From: Alphaproteobacteria bacterium
Lineage (GTDB): Bacteria; Pseudomonadota; Alphaproteobacteria; CALKHQ01
DNA: 38,904 bases
Assembly: GCA_050329975.1 (NCBI GenBank)
Contig: JBHJOG010000137.1
Coordinates: 1-38,904, forward strand
Reading direction: 5' to 3'
The notes under the pieces are model-generated. The model did no database searches and was not told the origin of the DNA. It saw only the letters and a program-made list of their open reading frames with translations. The position numbers were made by a program, and so were the translations under genes. This document shows, piece after piece, positions 18,485 to 28,447 of this stretch (positions are counted from its first letter, which is position 1; every line of letters starts with the position of its first letter).

Positions 18485-19684
18485 TCAGCCGGTGGGGCCG
18501 GAGATCGCCGGCCGCAGGCTCGCGACACCCTCGAGCAGGCCCTGGGTGCCGTTGTGGACGACCAGGTTCTGGACCTTGCCGGCGATCGTCTCCAGCGCCT
18601 CCAGCTCCTTCAGCCGCAGCATCACCGGGTTTTCCTCCATCACCCGGGCCGTGTTGAGCAGCGACCGGGTGGCGTTGGTCTCCTCCCGGCGGCGGATGAC
18701 GTTGGCCTCCGCCTCCTTCTGCGCCTCGACCACCCGGTTGAGGATGGCCCGGATCTCGCCGGGCAGGATCACGTCCTTCACCGCGATATCCGTCACCTCG
18801 ACCCCGATCGCCGCCATCTGCTGCCGCACAACATCGGCCGCTTCGGCGTCGACCGCCACCTTGTCGGCCAGGATCGCGTCGAGCGTCTTCGACCCCAGCG
18901 ACTGGCGGAATGCGTGCTGCAGCGCCCGGTACAGCACGTCGGCGAAGTCCTTCGCCCCGTCCACCGCCTTCACCGGGTCGGCGACCCGGTATGCAGCGGC
19001 GATGTTGACCCGGATCGACACTCGGTCCCGGGTCAGGATCTCCTGGCCCGGCACGTCGATGGCGTTCAGGCGCAGGTCGACGATCTTCACCGCGATAGTC
19101 CGGCCGATCGACCAGAAGGCGTAGCTCCCCGCGCCGAGCACGCGCGCGAACGCGTTGTCGACATAGAGGATGCCCTGCTGGCTCTGGGCGACCTCGACCC
19201 TGTGCACGGCCTTGTCGAGGCCGAGCGCCTCGGTCGTCAGCCGTACCGCAGCGGTCTGCTGGGTCGCGACCTTGCGCAGCACCGGCAGCGCATCGAGTTC
19301 GGCGAGCACGTCCACCCGCTCCACCGTCCACGGTCCGGCATCGGTCCACAGCCGCGCGACCCGGTTCGGCATCTGCCCCCAGAAGGGCAGGCCGTCACGG
19401 TAGATCACCGCGACCTCGTTGGCGCCGGTCCGCACCTCGGTGAGGTGCCGCGCCATCAGGCCCGGCCGCGCCGCGATCAGCGCCGCTGCCGCCTTCGGGT
19501 TGAAGAACTGGCCGATGTCGAAGGACTCGACGTCGATCCGGCCCCGCAGGCGGGACAGCACATGACGGCCCGGCAGGAGGATGTCGACAAACCGACCGTT
19601 CCGCATCACCAGCGCCCGCTCGTTCTCGGGCACGGTGACGATGGTGCGCAGGATCTTGTTCTTGGTCGTCGTGGTCGTCGTCAT
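18485..19684 (-). CDS. SPFH/band-7 (stomatin-like) domain protein with about 190-aa N-terminal extension
   Basis: Internal ATG gives [12 protein letters not shown]. The C-terminal half has an SPFH fold signature plus a coiled-coil [15 protein letters not shown]. No TM segment and no NfeD neighbour. Confidence 0.7.
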   Translation of the reverse strand: MTTTTTTKNKILRTIVTVPENERALVMRNGRFVDILLPGRHVLSRLRGRIDVESFDIGQFFNPKAAAALIAARPGLMARHLTEVRTGANEVAVIYRDGLPFWGQMPNRVARLWTDAGPWTVERVDVLAELDALPVLRKVATQQTAAVRLTTEALGLDKAVHRVEVAQSQQGILYVDNAFARVLGAGSYAFWSIGRTIAVKIVDLRLNAIDVPGQEILTRDRVSIRVNIAAAYRVADPVKAVDGAKDFADVLYRALQHAFRQSLGSKTLDAILADKVAVDAEAADVVRQQMAAIGVEVTDIAVKDVILPGEIRAILNRVVEAQKEAEANVIRRREETNATRSLLNTARVMEENPVMLRLKELEALETIAGKVQNLVVHNGTQGLLEGVASLRPAISGPTG

Positions 19685-20035
19685 CGTCGTTCTCCTTCCA
19701 GGACACGTCAGCGTCGTCGCATGCCGTGGGCTTCCTTCTTCTGGTTCGGGTTGCGGAACTGACTCCCCGGGCCGGACCTGACGGCCGTCCGATGGTCTGC
19801 GGGCCCGGACGGGCGAGCCGTCGCGCCGAGGCCGGCCTGGTCCGGCGGCCGACGACGGTCGAGTGACCGCCGGCATGCCGCCCTTGCAGACCGGCCGGAA
19901 CGCTGGGCGCGCCCGCCGGAATCCCGTCGACGGATCGTGCGGGCCGCGGCACCGCGCCGCCGGTCGGGTCGGCCGAAGCCATCCCACCTGCCGCACGCGC
20001 TGCCCGATCCGACCCGAGGAGCCGGGTTTGTAAAA

Positions 20036-20052
20036 CTGACGGTTCAGGTCAG
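20036..20052 (-). terminator. hairpin CTGAC-(7 nt)-GTCAG followed by TTTTAC on the minus strand, just 3' of the tRNA
   Basis: Read directly; weak 5-bp stem plus T-tract. Confidence 0.35.
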
Positions 20053-20058
20053 TCTTGA

Positions 20059-20132
20059 AGCGAAGAGAGGAATCGAACCTCTGACAGCTGGAGTATCAGT
20101 CCAGTGCTCTAACCCAACTGAGCTACATTCGC
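20059..20132 (-). tRNA. tRNA-Ile(GAU)-like gene, CCA not encoded
   Basis: The minus strand reads GCGAATG-TA-GCTC-AGTTGGGTTA-GAGC-A-CTGGA-CTGATAC-TCCAG-CTGTC-AGAGG-TTCGATT-CCTCT-CTTCGC. The D, anticodon (GAT) and T arms are canonical. The acceptor stem, as I read it, has a 1-nt irregularity on the 3' strand. Confidence 0.55.
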
Positions 20133-20135
20133 GGC

Positions 20136-20202
20136 GCGGAGCATCGGGGATCGAACCCGACCTCCGGGTTGCCCCGGCGCCCGACCATCGGGCCCTGCTC
20201 CA
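20136..20202 (-). ncRNA. degenerate tRNA-like element (tRNA pseudogene or tRNA-like RNA), tandem to the tRNA
   Basis: The minus strand reads TGGAGCA-GG-GCCC-GATGGTC-GGGC-G-CCGGG-GCAA-CCCGG-AGG-TCGGG-TTCGATC-CCCGA-TGCTCCG. The acceptor, D-arm and T-arm are tRNA-like, but the anticodon arm is replaced by a GNRA (GCAA) tetraloop hairpin and U8 is absent. About 67 nt. Confidence 0.35.
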
Positions 20203-20460
20203 TCCCGCCGCCCCTGGGACCGGCCTCGGCACATGATCACCCAGAGGGCTCATGCCGGCGGAGTCTCGGAACTCCGGCCGTTGAGGCTCAGACCGCGTTC
20301 GGCGGGGAGGCGGCTTCTAGTCTTGCCGGCGAGCCGTGGCAAGAGTCGACGTGGGAAGGATTATCGAATCCTCGCCGGATTGTTGCGGCCAGGCAACTAT
20401 TCGTAAGTATACGAACGTTCCCAGCCGCCACGGTGGGAGCCAGGCCAAACACGGCCGACG

Positions 20461-21474
20461 TCAGCCAATCTTCGCCCAGACCGCGTCGAGGATGCCTTGC
20501 GTCTTCACCGACGCATCGACATAAGCGGCGCGCGCAGCCTTGTCGCCCGAGGCGGCGAGGTCGGCGAAGTCGTCGACCATCGAGACATGCTGGCCCGTCC
20601 TGCCAGGCGCTGCGATCTCGGTGAAGCCCTTGCGGGTGGTGACGCCGGTGCGATGGACGTAGCGCGCCGGCATGTCGGGGTTCTGGAAGGCGAGGCTGTC
20701 GTGGACGTCGAGGACGAAATCGTCCATCTCGATCACCCCCGTCGTGCCGAGCAGGTCGAGGTCCATGATCAGCGAGCCGGCGGTCCAGCCGGCGTCGAAG
20801 GTAGAGACCTCGCCGCTGGCAAAGGCGAGCAGCGTGATGACGCGGACCACGGCGCCGGTCGCCGGATCGCGGTCGGCGACCGCCGTGACCGTGGAGATGG
20901 CACCCTTGGGCTGCAGGTACTCGACGATGGCGCGGGCCGAATACCAGGCCAGGTCCCCGAGCGCCCCGGTCGGTTCCTGTTTCGGATCGAAGCGGATGTT
21001 CGCCTTGTCCTCGAACGGAAAGTAGAACTTGGTGTGCAGCGAGCGCGGCGTGCCGATCTTCCCGGGGATCGCCGCCTTGATCGCCGCCGTGCGCGGGTGG
21101 TGGACGAAGTGCGTCGCGTCCATGAACACGAGGCCCCTGGCCTCCGCGGCATCCGCCATCCGCTTGACCGAGGCCACGTCGATGAACGGCTTGTCGACCA
21201 GGATGTGCTTGCCGGCATCGACCGCGGCCAGCGCGATCTCTTCCTTCACCATCGTCGGCGTGGCGACATAGACCGCGTCGACATCGTCGCGAGCGATCAG
21301 CGCCTGCCAGCCTTCGACCGGCGCGCCGGCATGTTGGTCGGTGAACTCCTTCGCCCGGTCGAGGCTGCGGCTGGCGACCGCGGACAGCGTCGCCTTGTCG
21401 GACCGGGCAAGACCGCCGGCGACCACCCCGGCGATGAAGCCGGTGCCGACCATGCCGAACCTGAACTTAGCCAT
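20461..21474 (-). CDS. Gfo/Idh/MocA family oxidoreductase
   Basis: MAKFRFGMVGTGFIAG (Rossmann) and EKP-like VDKPF motifs. 337 aa. Confidence 0.8.
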   Translation of the reverse strand: MAKFRFGMVGTGFIAGVVAGGLARSDKATLSAVASRSLDRAKEFTDQHAGAPVEGWQALIARDDVDAVYVATPTMVKEEIALAAVDAGKHILVDKPFIDVASVKRMADAAEARGLVFMDATHFVHHPRTAAIKAAIPGKIGTPRSLHTKFYFPFEDKANIRFDPKQEPTGALGDLAWYSARAIVEYLQPKGAISTVTAVADRDPATGAVVRVITLLAFASGEVSTFDAGWTAGSLIMDLDLLGTTGVIEMDDFVLDVHDSLAFQNPDMPARYVHRTGVTTRKGFTEIAAPGRTGQHVSMVDDFADLAASGDKAARAAYVDASVKTQGILDAVWAKIG

Positions 21475-21515
21475 GATGATTTCCCCCTCTGAGAGCTGTT
21501 GCGATGGCGTTGCTT

Positions 21516-22685
21516 CTACATAGCAGAATCCCGGCGCGGCCCAACCCCGCCGGAAAGGGAGCGGCGTGCGAGCAGGATCGCCAGTAGCGGCAGCGGCAGG
21601 ATGGCGGCGAACGAGACCTGGATGCCGTGGTCGGTGGCGATGAGCCCGAACAGCGGCGGGAAGGCGAATCCGATCAGCGTCTGGACGGTCGAGAGGGCGG
21701 CCACGTTCTCCGATGCCGGCCGGTCTCCGAGCCTGGCCGCCGCGGAAAATGCCTGCGGGTAGACTGTGCTGATTCCAAATCCGATCAGCGCGAAGCCGAG
21801 CAGTGTGACCGCGACCGAGAGCGCGGAGGCAACCGCCACCAAGCCGAGGAATGAGACCGCCGCGAGGATGACGGCCACCCGCACCGGCCCGTCGCGGTCG
21901 ACCCAGCGGTCGGCGAGGAAGCGCCCCACGGTCTGCGCCGCGATGAAGGCCGGCAGCGCCAGGGCGGCGACCCAGTCGGCAGCGGCGAAAACGTCGCGGA
22001 CGAAGATCACCGACCAGTTGCGCGAACTGCCCTCCAGCAGCATCCCCGAGAGCGCGAACCCCAGGATCAGAAAAACCGGGACGGTCGGAAGCGCGAAACG
22101 CCGCGACCCACCTGCTCGCCCCGATGCCCGCGGCGCGCTGGCCTGCAGCGGGCCGACCACGCCCAGGGTCGCCGCGGCCAGCAGCACCAGCATGCCGGCC
22201 AGATGCGCTATCGGCGACAGCCCCATGGCGACGGCGCCGGCACCGATCACGCTGGCGGTGAGGAAGCCCAAGCTCCAGGTTCCGTGGCAGCGGTTGATGA
22301 GGCGGGTCGCGGTGGCGGCCTCGACCCGGTCTGCCTCGACGTTCATCGCGATGTTGGCGACCGTCAGCCCCAGGCCGAACAGGAACAGGGCCGCGAACAG
22401 TCCCACGATCTCGAACGACAGCGCGGCCAGCACCGGCCCGAGCGCATAGAGCGGCAGACCGGCGAGCAGCATCGGCCGCGTGCCGCGGCTCTCGATCAGC
22501 GGGCTGACCAGCAGCGACCCAAGGAAGACGCCGGCCGGCAATCCGACGATGGAGATCCCGAGTTCGGATTCGCTCAGGCGCGCCCGTTGCTGGATCTCGG
22601 CCAGCCGCGCGAACAGGCCGCCCTGGATCAACCCGTGGATGGCGAACACGAGGACAATCGACAGTCGGCGCGAGGCGAGCGGCAT
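21516..22685 (-). CDS. MFS transporter
   Basis: 389 aa with about 12 TM segments. Immediately upstream of, and co-oriented with, the oxidoreductase. Confidence 0.75.
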   Translation of the reverse strand: MPLASRRLSIVLVFAIHGLIQGGLFARLAEIQQRARLSESELGISIVGLPAGVFLGSLLVSPLIESRGTRPMLLAGLPLYALGPVLAALSFEIVGLFAALFLFGLGLTVANIAMNVEADRVEAATATRLINRCHGTWSLGFLTASVIGAGAVAMGLSPIAHLAGMLVLLAAATLGVVGPLQASAPRASGRAGGSRRFALPTVPVFLILGFALSGMLLEGSSRNWSVIFVRDVFAAADWVAALALPAFIAAQTVGRFLADRWVDRDGPVRVAVILAAVSFLGLVAVASALSVAVTLLGFALIGFGISTVYPQAFSAAARLGDRPASENVAALSTVQTLIGFAFPPLFGLIATDHGIQVSFAAILPLPLLAILLARRSLSGGVGPRRDSAM

Positions 22686-22783
22686 GTGAGCTATCGAAGC
22701 AAGGTCCCGGGGGAAGCGTGGGAAGGGAGTCCGGTCGCTAGTGGTAATCCGAACCCGGGGAGCCTGCCACCGCTCGCCGTGCC

Positions 22784-23485
22784 TCAGCTGCCGGCGTCGA
22801 CAATGGCCCTCACTCGCGCGAACACGGCGTGGAACATCGGCTCAGTCAGCCGACCGGTATTGGTGTTGTAGCGGGAGCAATGGTAGCTGTCGGCCAGGGT
22901 AAGGCCATGGTCCAGCCGGTGCAGCGCGCCATGGCCGAACCGGAGCGCCGACTGCCGCTGGCCCAGCGCGGAAACCACCGACGCGTGCGATCCCGTTCCC
23001 AGGGCCACGATCACCTGGAGCCGTGGCAGCGCCGCGATCGTCTCGGCGAGGAATGGCCGGCAGGCGCTGAACTCGGCACCGACCGGCTTGTTCTCGGGCG
23101 GCACACACCGCACCGCGTTGGTGATCATGCAGCCCTTGAGCTGCAGCCCGTCCGCGGGGTCGCGGCGGTAGGCTCCTTCGGCGAATCCGTAGCGGAGCAG
23201 CGTGTCGTACAGCAGGTCCCCGGCATAGTCGCCGGTGAACGGGCGGCCGGTCCGGTTCGCACCGTGCAGGCCGGGGGCGAGCCCGACGATCAGGAGGCGG
23301 GCATCCTTGGGCCCGAAACTGGGGACGGGCGCATTGTGGTAGTCGGGCAGGCGTGCCCGGTTCCCGGCGCGGAAGTCGGCGAGGCGGGGACACCGTGGAC
23401 AATCCCGGCCCGGCCCGACAATGGCGGCGTCGCCGGTCGCGATGCCGGCCGTCTCGGCGATGGGCGTCACGATGCTCGCCGTCAC
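22784..23485 (-). CDS. uracil-DNA glycosylase, family 4 (Fe-S type)
   Basis: GRDCPRCPRLADFR (4Fe-4S Cys cluster) and GLAPG...NRTGRPFTGD motif A/B of UDG family 4. Confidence 0.8.
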   Translation of the reverse strand: MTASIVTPIAETAGIATGDAAIVGPGRDCPRCPRLADFRAGNRARLPDYHNAPVPSFGPKDARLLIVGLAPGLHGANRTGRPFTGDYAGDLLYDTLLRYGFAEGAYRRDPADGLQLKGCMITNAVRCVPPENKPVGAEFSACRPFLAETIAALPRLQVIVALGTGSHASVVSALGQRQSALRFGHGALHRLDHGLTLADSYHCSRYNTNTGRLTEPMFHAVFARVRAIVDAGS

Positions 23486-23491
23486 CGCGCG

Positions 23492-24226
23492 TCAGCGCTT
23501 GTCGTTGGTGTCATCCTCGTCGTCATCGTCGAATTCATCGTCATCGTCGTCGTACTCGTAGTCGTCATCCTCCTCGTCTTCCTCGAGGGGCTCCCGGGCG
23601 GAGCGGCGATCGGGGGGCCGGCGCTCGTCCACAACCTTGCGCTCGTCCGGCCGTCGCTCGTCGAGCGCGCGGGGAGCGTGCGCACGTCGGATCGCGGGGG
23701 CCAGGGCCTCCAGTTCAAGGAACACGTCTGCCTGCCGTCGCAGCTCATCGGCGGCCATCGGCGGCTGCGAGCGCACGGTGGACACGATCGACACGCGCAC
23801 CCCCTTGCGCTGGACCGCCTCGACCAGGCGACGAAAATCGCCGTCTCCGGAGAAGATCACCACATGGTCGACCTTGTCGGCGATCTCCATCACGTCCGTC
23901 GCCAGCTCGATATCCATGTTGCCCTTGATCTTGCGGCGACCCGAGGCATCGGTGAACTCCTTGGTCGGCTTGGTGACCATGGCGTAGCCGTTGTAATCCA
24001 GCCAGTCGACCAGCGGGCGGATCGGGGAGTATTCCTGATCGTCGACCAGCGCTGTGTAGTAGAACGCCCGGAGCAGGCGGGTGGATTCCCGAAACAGCTC
24101 GAGGAGCTTCTTGTAGTCGATGTCGAAACCGAGCGACCGCGCCGCGGCGTAGAGATTGGCGCCGTCGATGAACAGCGCCACGCGCTCATGGTCGTAGAAT
24201 TTTCCCCCAGGGATCGTCGTGGTCAT
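23492..24226 (-). CDS. NYN-domain (LabA-like) protein with polyacidic C-terminal tail
   Basis: Internal ATG gives MTTTIPGGKFYDHERVALFIDGANLY (NYN/PIN-like). The tail is EEDEEDDDYEYDDDDDEFDDDDEDD. Confidence 0.7.
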   Translation of the reverse strand: MTTTIPGGKFYDHERVALFIDGANLYAAARSLGFDIDYKKLLELFRESTRLLRAFYYTALVDDQEYSPIRPLVDWLDYNGYAMVTKPTKEFTDASGRRKIKGNMDIELATDVMEIADKVDHVVIFSGDGDFRRLVEAVQRKGVRVSIVSTVRSQPPMAADELRRQADVFLELEALAPAIRRAHAPRALDERRPDERKVVDERRPPDRRSAREPLEEDEEDDDYEYDDDDDEFDDDDEDDTNDKR

Positions 24227-24471
24227 AGGCACGTACTCTTGCAATGTGACATCGGCACGCCAATGGTCGCGAGGTGGAGCTGATTGCCGACGAAGGCTGC
24301 CGATTGTGCTGGCAGTCGCGCGGTGGCGAACCAATATCTAATTCCGTGCCGAGCCATCAGGTGGCACCGCACAGACAACGACCGGCCCAGCGAAACCGCC
24401 GGGTCGGTCTTGAGTTCCGAATGGAACGAGGATATACAGTCCGGCTTTCAATCAGACAAGGGGTTTGCCTC

Positions 24472-24846
24472 ATGGCGCGGGTCACCGTGGAAGACTGCGT
24501 AGAGCGTATTCCGAACCGTTTCGAACTGGTCATGTTGGCAGCCCATCGTGCGCGCGAGGTCGCCGCGGGTGCGGGCCTGCAAGTGGACCGCGACAACGAC
24601 AAGAACCCGGTCGTGGCCTTGCGCGAGATCGCCGAGGTCGACAACGAGGCCGAGCGGTTGCGCGACTCCCTCGTCCACTCGCTGCAGCGCCAGCCGGACA
24701 TTGATGAACCGGAAGAGGATGAGCTAACGTTGCTGCCGACGCTGGAGGGTGAAGGCGCGATCATGGCCGAGGCTCTGGAGGATACCGAGCTGATGGGCAC
24801 GGGCGTGAGCGCGTTCGAGGACGATCCGGCAGCCGTTGACGACTGA
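24472..24846 (+). CDS. rpoZ: DNA-directed RNA polymerase subunit omega
   Basis: [30 protein letters not shown] is the canonical RpoZ N-terminus. 124 aa. Confidence 0.85.
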   Translation: MARVTVEDCVERIPNRFELVMLAAHRAREVAAGAGLQVDRDNDKNPVVALREIAEVDNEAERLRDSLVHSLQRQPDIDEPEEDELTLLPTLEGEGAIMAEALEDTELMGTGVSAFEDDPAAVDD

Positions 24847-24998
24847 CCGCCGAGACTCGCGGATCCGGCGGTCGACACGGGCAGCAAGGGTGACCTGAGC
24901 GATTGGAGCAGGCACAGGCAATCGCGGACCGGGTTCCGGTCCGCTCAGAGGAACGCCCGTCGCAAGGCGGACCGGCCCCGCGGCCTGCCGCGCCGCGG

Positions 24999-27146
24999 AT
25001 GATCCGTCAATACGAACTCGTCGAGCGTGTACGCGCCTACGATCCCGGCGCGGATGAGACCGCCCTGAACAAGGCCTACGTCTTCGCCATGCAGGCGCAC
25101 GGCAGCCAGAAGCGGGCGAGCGGCGATCCCTATTTCTCTCATCCCCTGGAAGTCGCCGGCATTCTGACCGGCCTCAAGCTGGACACCGCCTCGATCGTCA
25201 CCGCGCTGCTGCACGACGTAGTCGAGGACACCGAGTACACGCTTCACGATATCGAGGCGCATTTCGGGACGGAGATCCGGCGCCTTGTCGATGGCGTAAC
25301 CAAGCTGTCGCGGATCGAACTGCAGTCCGACCAAACCAAGCAGGCGGAGAACTTCCGCAAGCTGGTCATCGCGATGTCCGAGGATATCCGTGTTCTGCTG
25401 GTCAAGCTCGCAGACCGGCTGCACAACATGCGCACGCTGCACTACATCGGGTCGGACGACAAGCGGCGGCGGATCTCCCGCGAGACAATGGACATCTTCG
25501 TCCCGCTCGCGGAGCGCATCGGTCTGAACTCGATCCGTGGAGAGTTGGAAGACCTGGCGTTTGCCGAGCTCAATCCCGACGGGCGAGAGTCGGTGATTGC
25601 CCGGCTGAAGTACCTCAACGACGAGTCCGGCAGCCTCACCGTTCAGGCCATTATCGAGGAACTGGGCCGCGTCTTGCATGATGGCGGCGTCGACTGCGAG
25701 GTCTCGGGCCGCGAGAAGTCGCCCTTTTCGATCTGGCGCAAGATGCAGCACAAGAACATCGGATTCGAGCAGCTCAGCGACATCATGGCGTTCCGGATCG
25801 TAACGCCGTCGATTCCCGACTGCTACCAGGCACTGGGCGTCATTCACAGCGCCTACCCGGTGGTGCCGGGCCGGTTCAAGGACTACGTCTCGACACCGAA
25901 GACCAACGGCTACCGCTCGATCCACACGGGCGTGATCGGGCCGCAGAAGCAGCGGATCGAGATCCAGATCCGGACCGCCGAAATGCATGAGGTCGCCGAA
26001 CGCGGGGTGGCGGCCCACTGGCAGTACAAGCAGGGCAGCGAGGTCACCGAGGGCAAGCGCTACCGCTGGCTGCAGGACTTCCTCGAGATCCTGGAACAGG
26101 CTGCGAGCCCGGAGGACTTCCTGGAGCACACCAAGCTGGAGATGTTCTCCGACCGGGTGTTCTGCTTCACGCCCAAGGGGGATCTGATCGACCTGCCCCG
26201 GGGATCGACCCCGGTGGATTTCGCCTATGCCGTGCATTCCGAGGTCGGCGACCACTGTACCGGCGCGAAGATCAACGGCCGGTTGATGCCGCTCAGGACC
26301 GCTCTATCCAACGGCGACCAGGTCGAGATCACGACCAGCAAGTCGCAGACTCCGTCGCCCACCTGGGAGCGGTTCGTCGTCACCGGCAAGGCCCGTGCCA
26401 GGATCCGGCGCTTCGTCCGGACCCAGAAGCGGCAGGAGTACATGGATCTTGGCCGGACGATGCTGCAGCGCAGCTTCCGGCAGGAAGGCCATGCGCTGTC
26501 CGACAAGCTGCTGGGCCGAGCGCTCAGCCATTGCCGGGCCGAGACCGTCGACGACCTCTACGCCGCAGTCGGCGAGGGCCTGCAGTCGTCGACCGAGGTC
26601 CTGCACGCAGTCTTCCCGGAGCTCGCCCATCCACAGAAGCCGAAGGAATTGCCCAGCGGGCATGGGGCGGAGCGCCGACACGACGTGGTGGACCGCGGCG
26701 TCCCCATCGGCGGACTGATCCCAGGGCTGGCCGTCCACTTCGCCCGCTGCTGCCATCCGCTGCCCGGCGACCGCATCCGCGGCATCGTCACCACCGGCAA
26801 GGGGGTGACGATCCATACCGAGGACTGCATCACGCTCGAGCGCTTCGCCGACACGCCGGAGCGGTTCCTCGATGTCTACTGGACGCCGAACGGCAGCGGA
26901 CAAAACCCCTTTGTCGGGCGGCTCCACGTCACCATCGACAACCTGCCCGGCAGTCTGGGGACGCTGACGACGATCATCGCCAAGAATGACGGCAACATCA
27001 CCAATCTGAAGATCACCAACCGATCGGTGGATTTCTTCGACATGCTGGTCGACATCGAGGTGCACGACACCAGGCACCTCAACGACGTGATCGCCGACTT
27101 GCGCTCGAACAAGGTGATCGGACTTGTGGAGCGTCAGCAGGGATGA
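24999..27146 (+). CDS. rsh: bifunctional (p)ppGpp synthetase/hydrolase (RelA/SpoT homologue)
   Basis: [16 protein letters not shown] start, HD domain HDVVEDT, synthetase domain, TGS and ACT regions. An alternative upstream start at 24903 is possible. Confidence 0.9.
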   Translation: MIRQYELVERVRAYDPGADETALNKAYVFAMQAHGSQKRASGDPYFSHPLEVAGILTGLKLDTASIVTALLHDVVEDTEYTLHDIEAHFGTEIRRLVDGVTKLSRIELQSDQTKQAENFRKLVIAMSEDIRVLLVKLADRLHNMRTLHYIGSDDKRRRISRETMDIFVPLAERIGLNSIRGELEDLAFAELNPDGRESVIARLKYLNDESGSLTVQAIIEELGRVLHDGGVDCEVSGREKSPFSIWRKMQHKNIGFEQLSDIMAFRIVTPSIPDCYQALGVIHSAYPVVPGRFKDYVSTPKTNGYRSIHTGVIGPQKQRIEIQIRTAEMHEVAERGVAAHWQYKQGSEVTEGKRYRWLQDFLEILEQAASPEDFLEHTKLEMFSDRVFCFTPKGDLIDLPRGSTPVDFAYAVHSEVGDHCTGAKINGRLMPLRTALSNGDQVEITTSKSQTPSPTWERFVVTGKARARIRRFVRTQKRQEYMDLGRTMLQRSFRQEGHALSDKLLGRALSHCRAETVDDLYAAVGEGLQSSTEVLHAVFPELAHPQKPKELPSGHGAERRHDVVDRGVPIGGLIPGLAVHFARCCHPLPGDRIRGIVTTGKGVTIHTEDCITLERFADTPERFLDVYWTPNGSGQNPFVGRLHVTIDNLPGSLGTLTTIIAKNDGNITNLKITNRSVDFFDMLVDIEVHDTRHLNDVIADLRSNKVIGLVERQQG

Positions 27147-27165
27147 TCTTCGGGCGCCTCCGGAC

Positions 27166-27582
27166 ATGATCGTCGGGATCGGCATCGACATCATCGATAT
27201 CCGCCGGGTCGAGCGCACGCTCGACCGGTTCGGCGACCGCTTCACCCAGCGCTGTTACACCGCGACGGAGCAGGCCCGTTCGGACCGTCGGGCACGCCGC
27301 GCCGACAGCTACGCCAAGCGCTATGCGGCCAAGGAAGCCTGTGCCAAGGCGCTGGGGACCGGCCTGCGCCTCGGCGTCTACTGGCGCGACATGGGTGTCG
27401 TGAACCTGCCCACGGGCAAGCCGACGCTCGCGCTCACCGGTGGGGCCGCCGCCCGGCTGGCCGCCCTGATCCCGGCCGGGCACCGCGCAGACATCGCGCT
27501 GACCATCACGGACGAGTATCCGCTGGCGCAGGCGATGGTGATCATCTCGGCGATCCCGGACGCGGCACTGGTGCCAGCTTAA
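27166..27582 (+). CDS. acpS: holo-[acyl-carrier-protein] synthase
   Basis: [14 protein letters not shown] and [11 protein letters not shown] motifs. Confidence 0.85.
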   Translation: MIVGIGIDIIDIRRVERTLDRFGDRFTQRCYTATEQARSDRRARRADSYAKRYAAKEACAKALGTGLRLGVYWRDMGVVNLPTGKPTLALTGGAAARLAALIPAGHRADIALTITDEYPLAQAMVIISAIPDAALVPA

Positions 27583-27644
27583 CTGCTTGCGTGGCACTGG
27601 GCTGATGTATATGTCGTGGGCCTGTGCGCGCGCCGGCCTTGTCC

Positions 27645-28427
27645 ATGTCGCCGTCAGCCGATAGGGGACCGACCATTTCGCTCATTTCCAAGAAAGCCAA
27701 AGCCAAGCGTTCGGGCCTTGGCGAGACCGTGCGTACGATCATCTACGCGGTGCTGATCGCGCTTGTCGTGCGGACGGTGGCTTTCGAGCCGTTCAACATT
27801 CCATCGGGATCGATGATTCCCACGCTGCTGGTCGGCGACTACCTGTTCGTCTCCAAATACAGCTACGGCTATAGCCGCTATTCCTTGCCGTTCTCGCCCG
27901 ACCTGTTCGACGGCCGCATCATGGAAGACACGCCTGAGCGCGGCGACGTGGTGGTGTTCAAGCTGCCGAGCAACACCGACCTCGACTACATCAAGCGAGT
28001 CGTCGGCCTTCCCGGCGACCGCATCCAGATGGTCGCCGGCATCCTCCACCTCAACGGCGAAGCGGTGCCGCGGGAGCTGGTCGGCCCGAGCAGCTATCTC
28101 GACACCAACGGCAACGAGGTCCGGGTCCAGGAGTATCGCGAGACGCTGCCGGGCAGCGATCCCTACACCATCTTCGAGTTTTCCGACAATCACCGGCTGG
28201 ACAACACCCAGGAATGGATCGTGCCGCCAGGGCACTTCTTCGCCATGGGCGACAATCGCGACAACTCGCTGGACAGCCGGGCCAACGTCGGATTCGTCCC
28301 CTTCGAGAACCTGGTCGGCCGCGCCGAGTTCATCTTCTATTCGACCGACGGAACGGCCGAGATCTGGGAAATCTGGAAATGGCCGGGAGCCACCCGCTTG
28401 GACCGCCTGTTCGACGGCATCAGGTGA
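27645..28427 (+). CDS. lepB: signal peptidase I
   Basis: SGSMIPTL (Ser box), KRVVGLPGD, and GDNRDNSLDSR (box E). Start is either 27624 or 27645. Confidence 0.85.
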   Translation: MSPSADRGPTISLISKKAKAKRSGLGETVRTIIYAVLIALVVRTVAFEPFNIPSGSMIPTLLVGDYLFVSKYSYGYSRYSLPFSPDLFDGRIMEDTPERGDVVVFKLPSNTDLDYIKRVVGLPGDRIQMVAGILHLNGEAVPRELVGPSSYLDTNGNEVRVQEYRETLPGSDPYTIFEFSDNHRLDNTQEWIVPPGHFFAMGDNRDNSLDSRANVGFVPFENLVGRAEFIFYSTDGTAEIWEIWKWPGATRLDRLFDGIR

Positions 28428-28447
28428 CCCGACCGGGGGCCGGCGCT

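Noticed and set aside
17874-19349. Track ORF 17874..19349 (491 aa) as a single long protein
   Set aside because: Only the C-terminal 169 aa (MsrA) is real. The upstream part is a low-complexity Arg/Gly/Asp-rich read-through overlapping the SPFH gene region.
20036-20215. Two-piece (permuted) alphaproteobacterial tmRNA
   Set aside because: The T-arm plus acceptor-like pieces prompted the idea. No ANDN...AA tag reading frame or pseudoknot region is found on either side. The downstream unit also has a full anticodon arm (GAT), so a tRNA plus tRNA-like explanation fits better.
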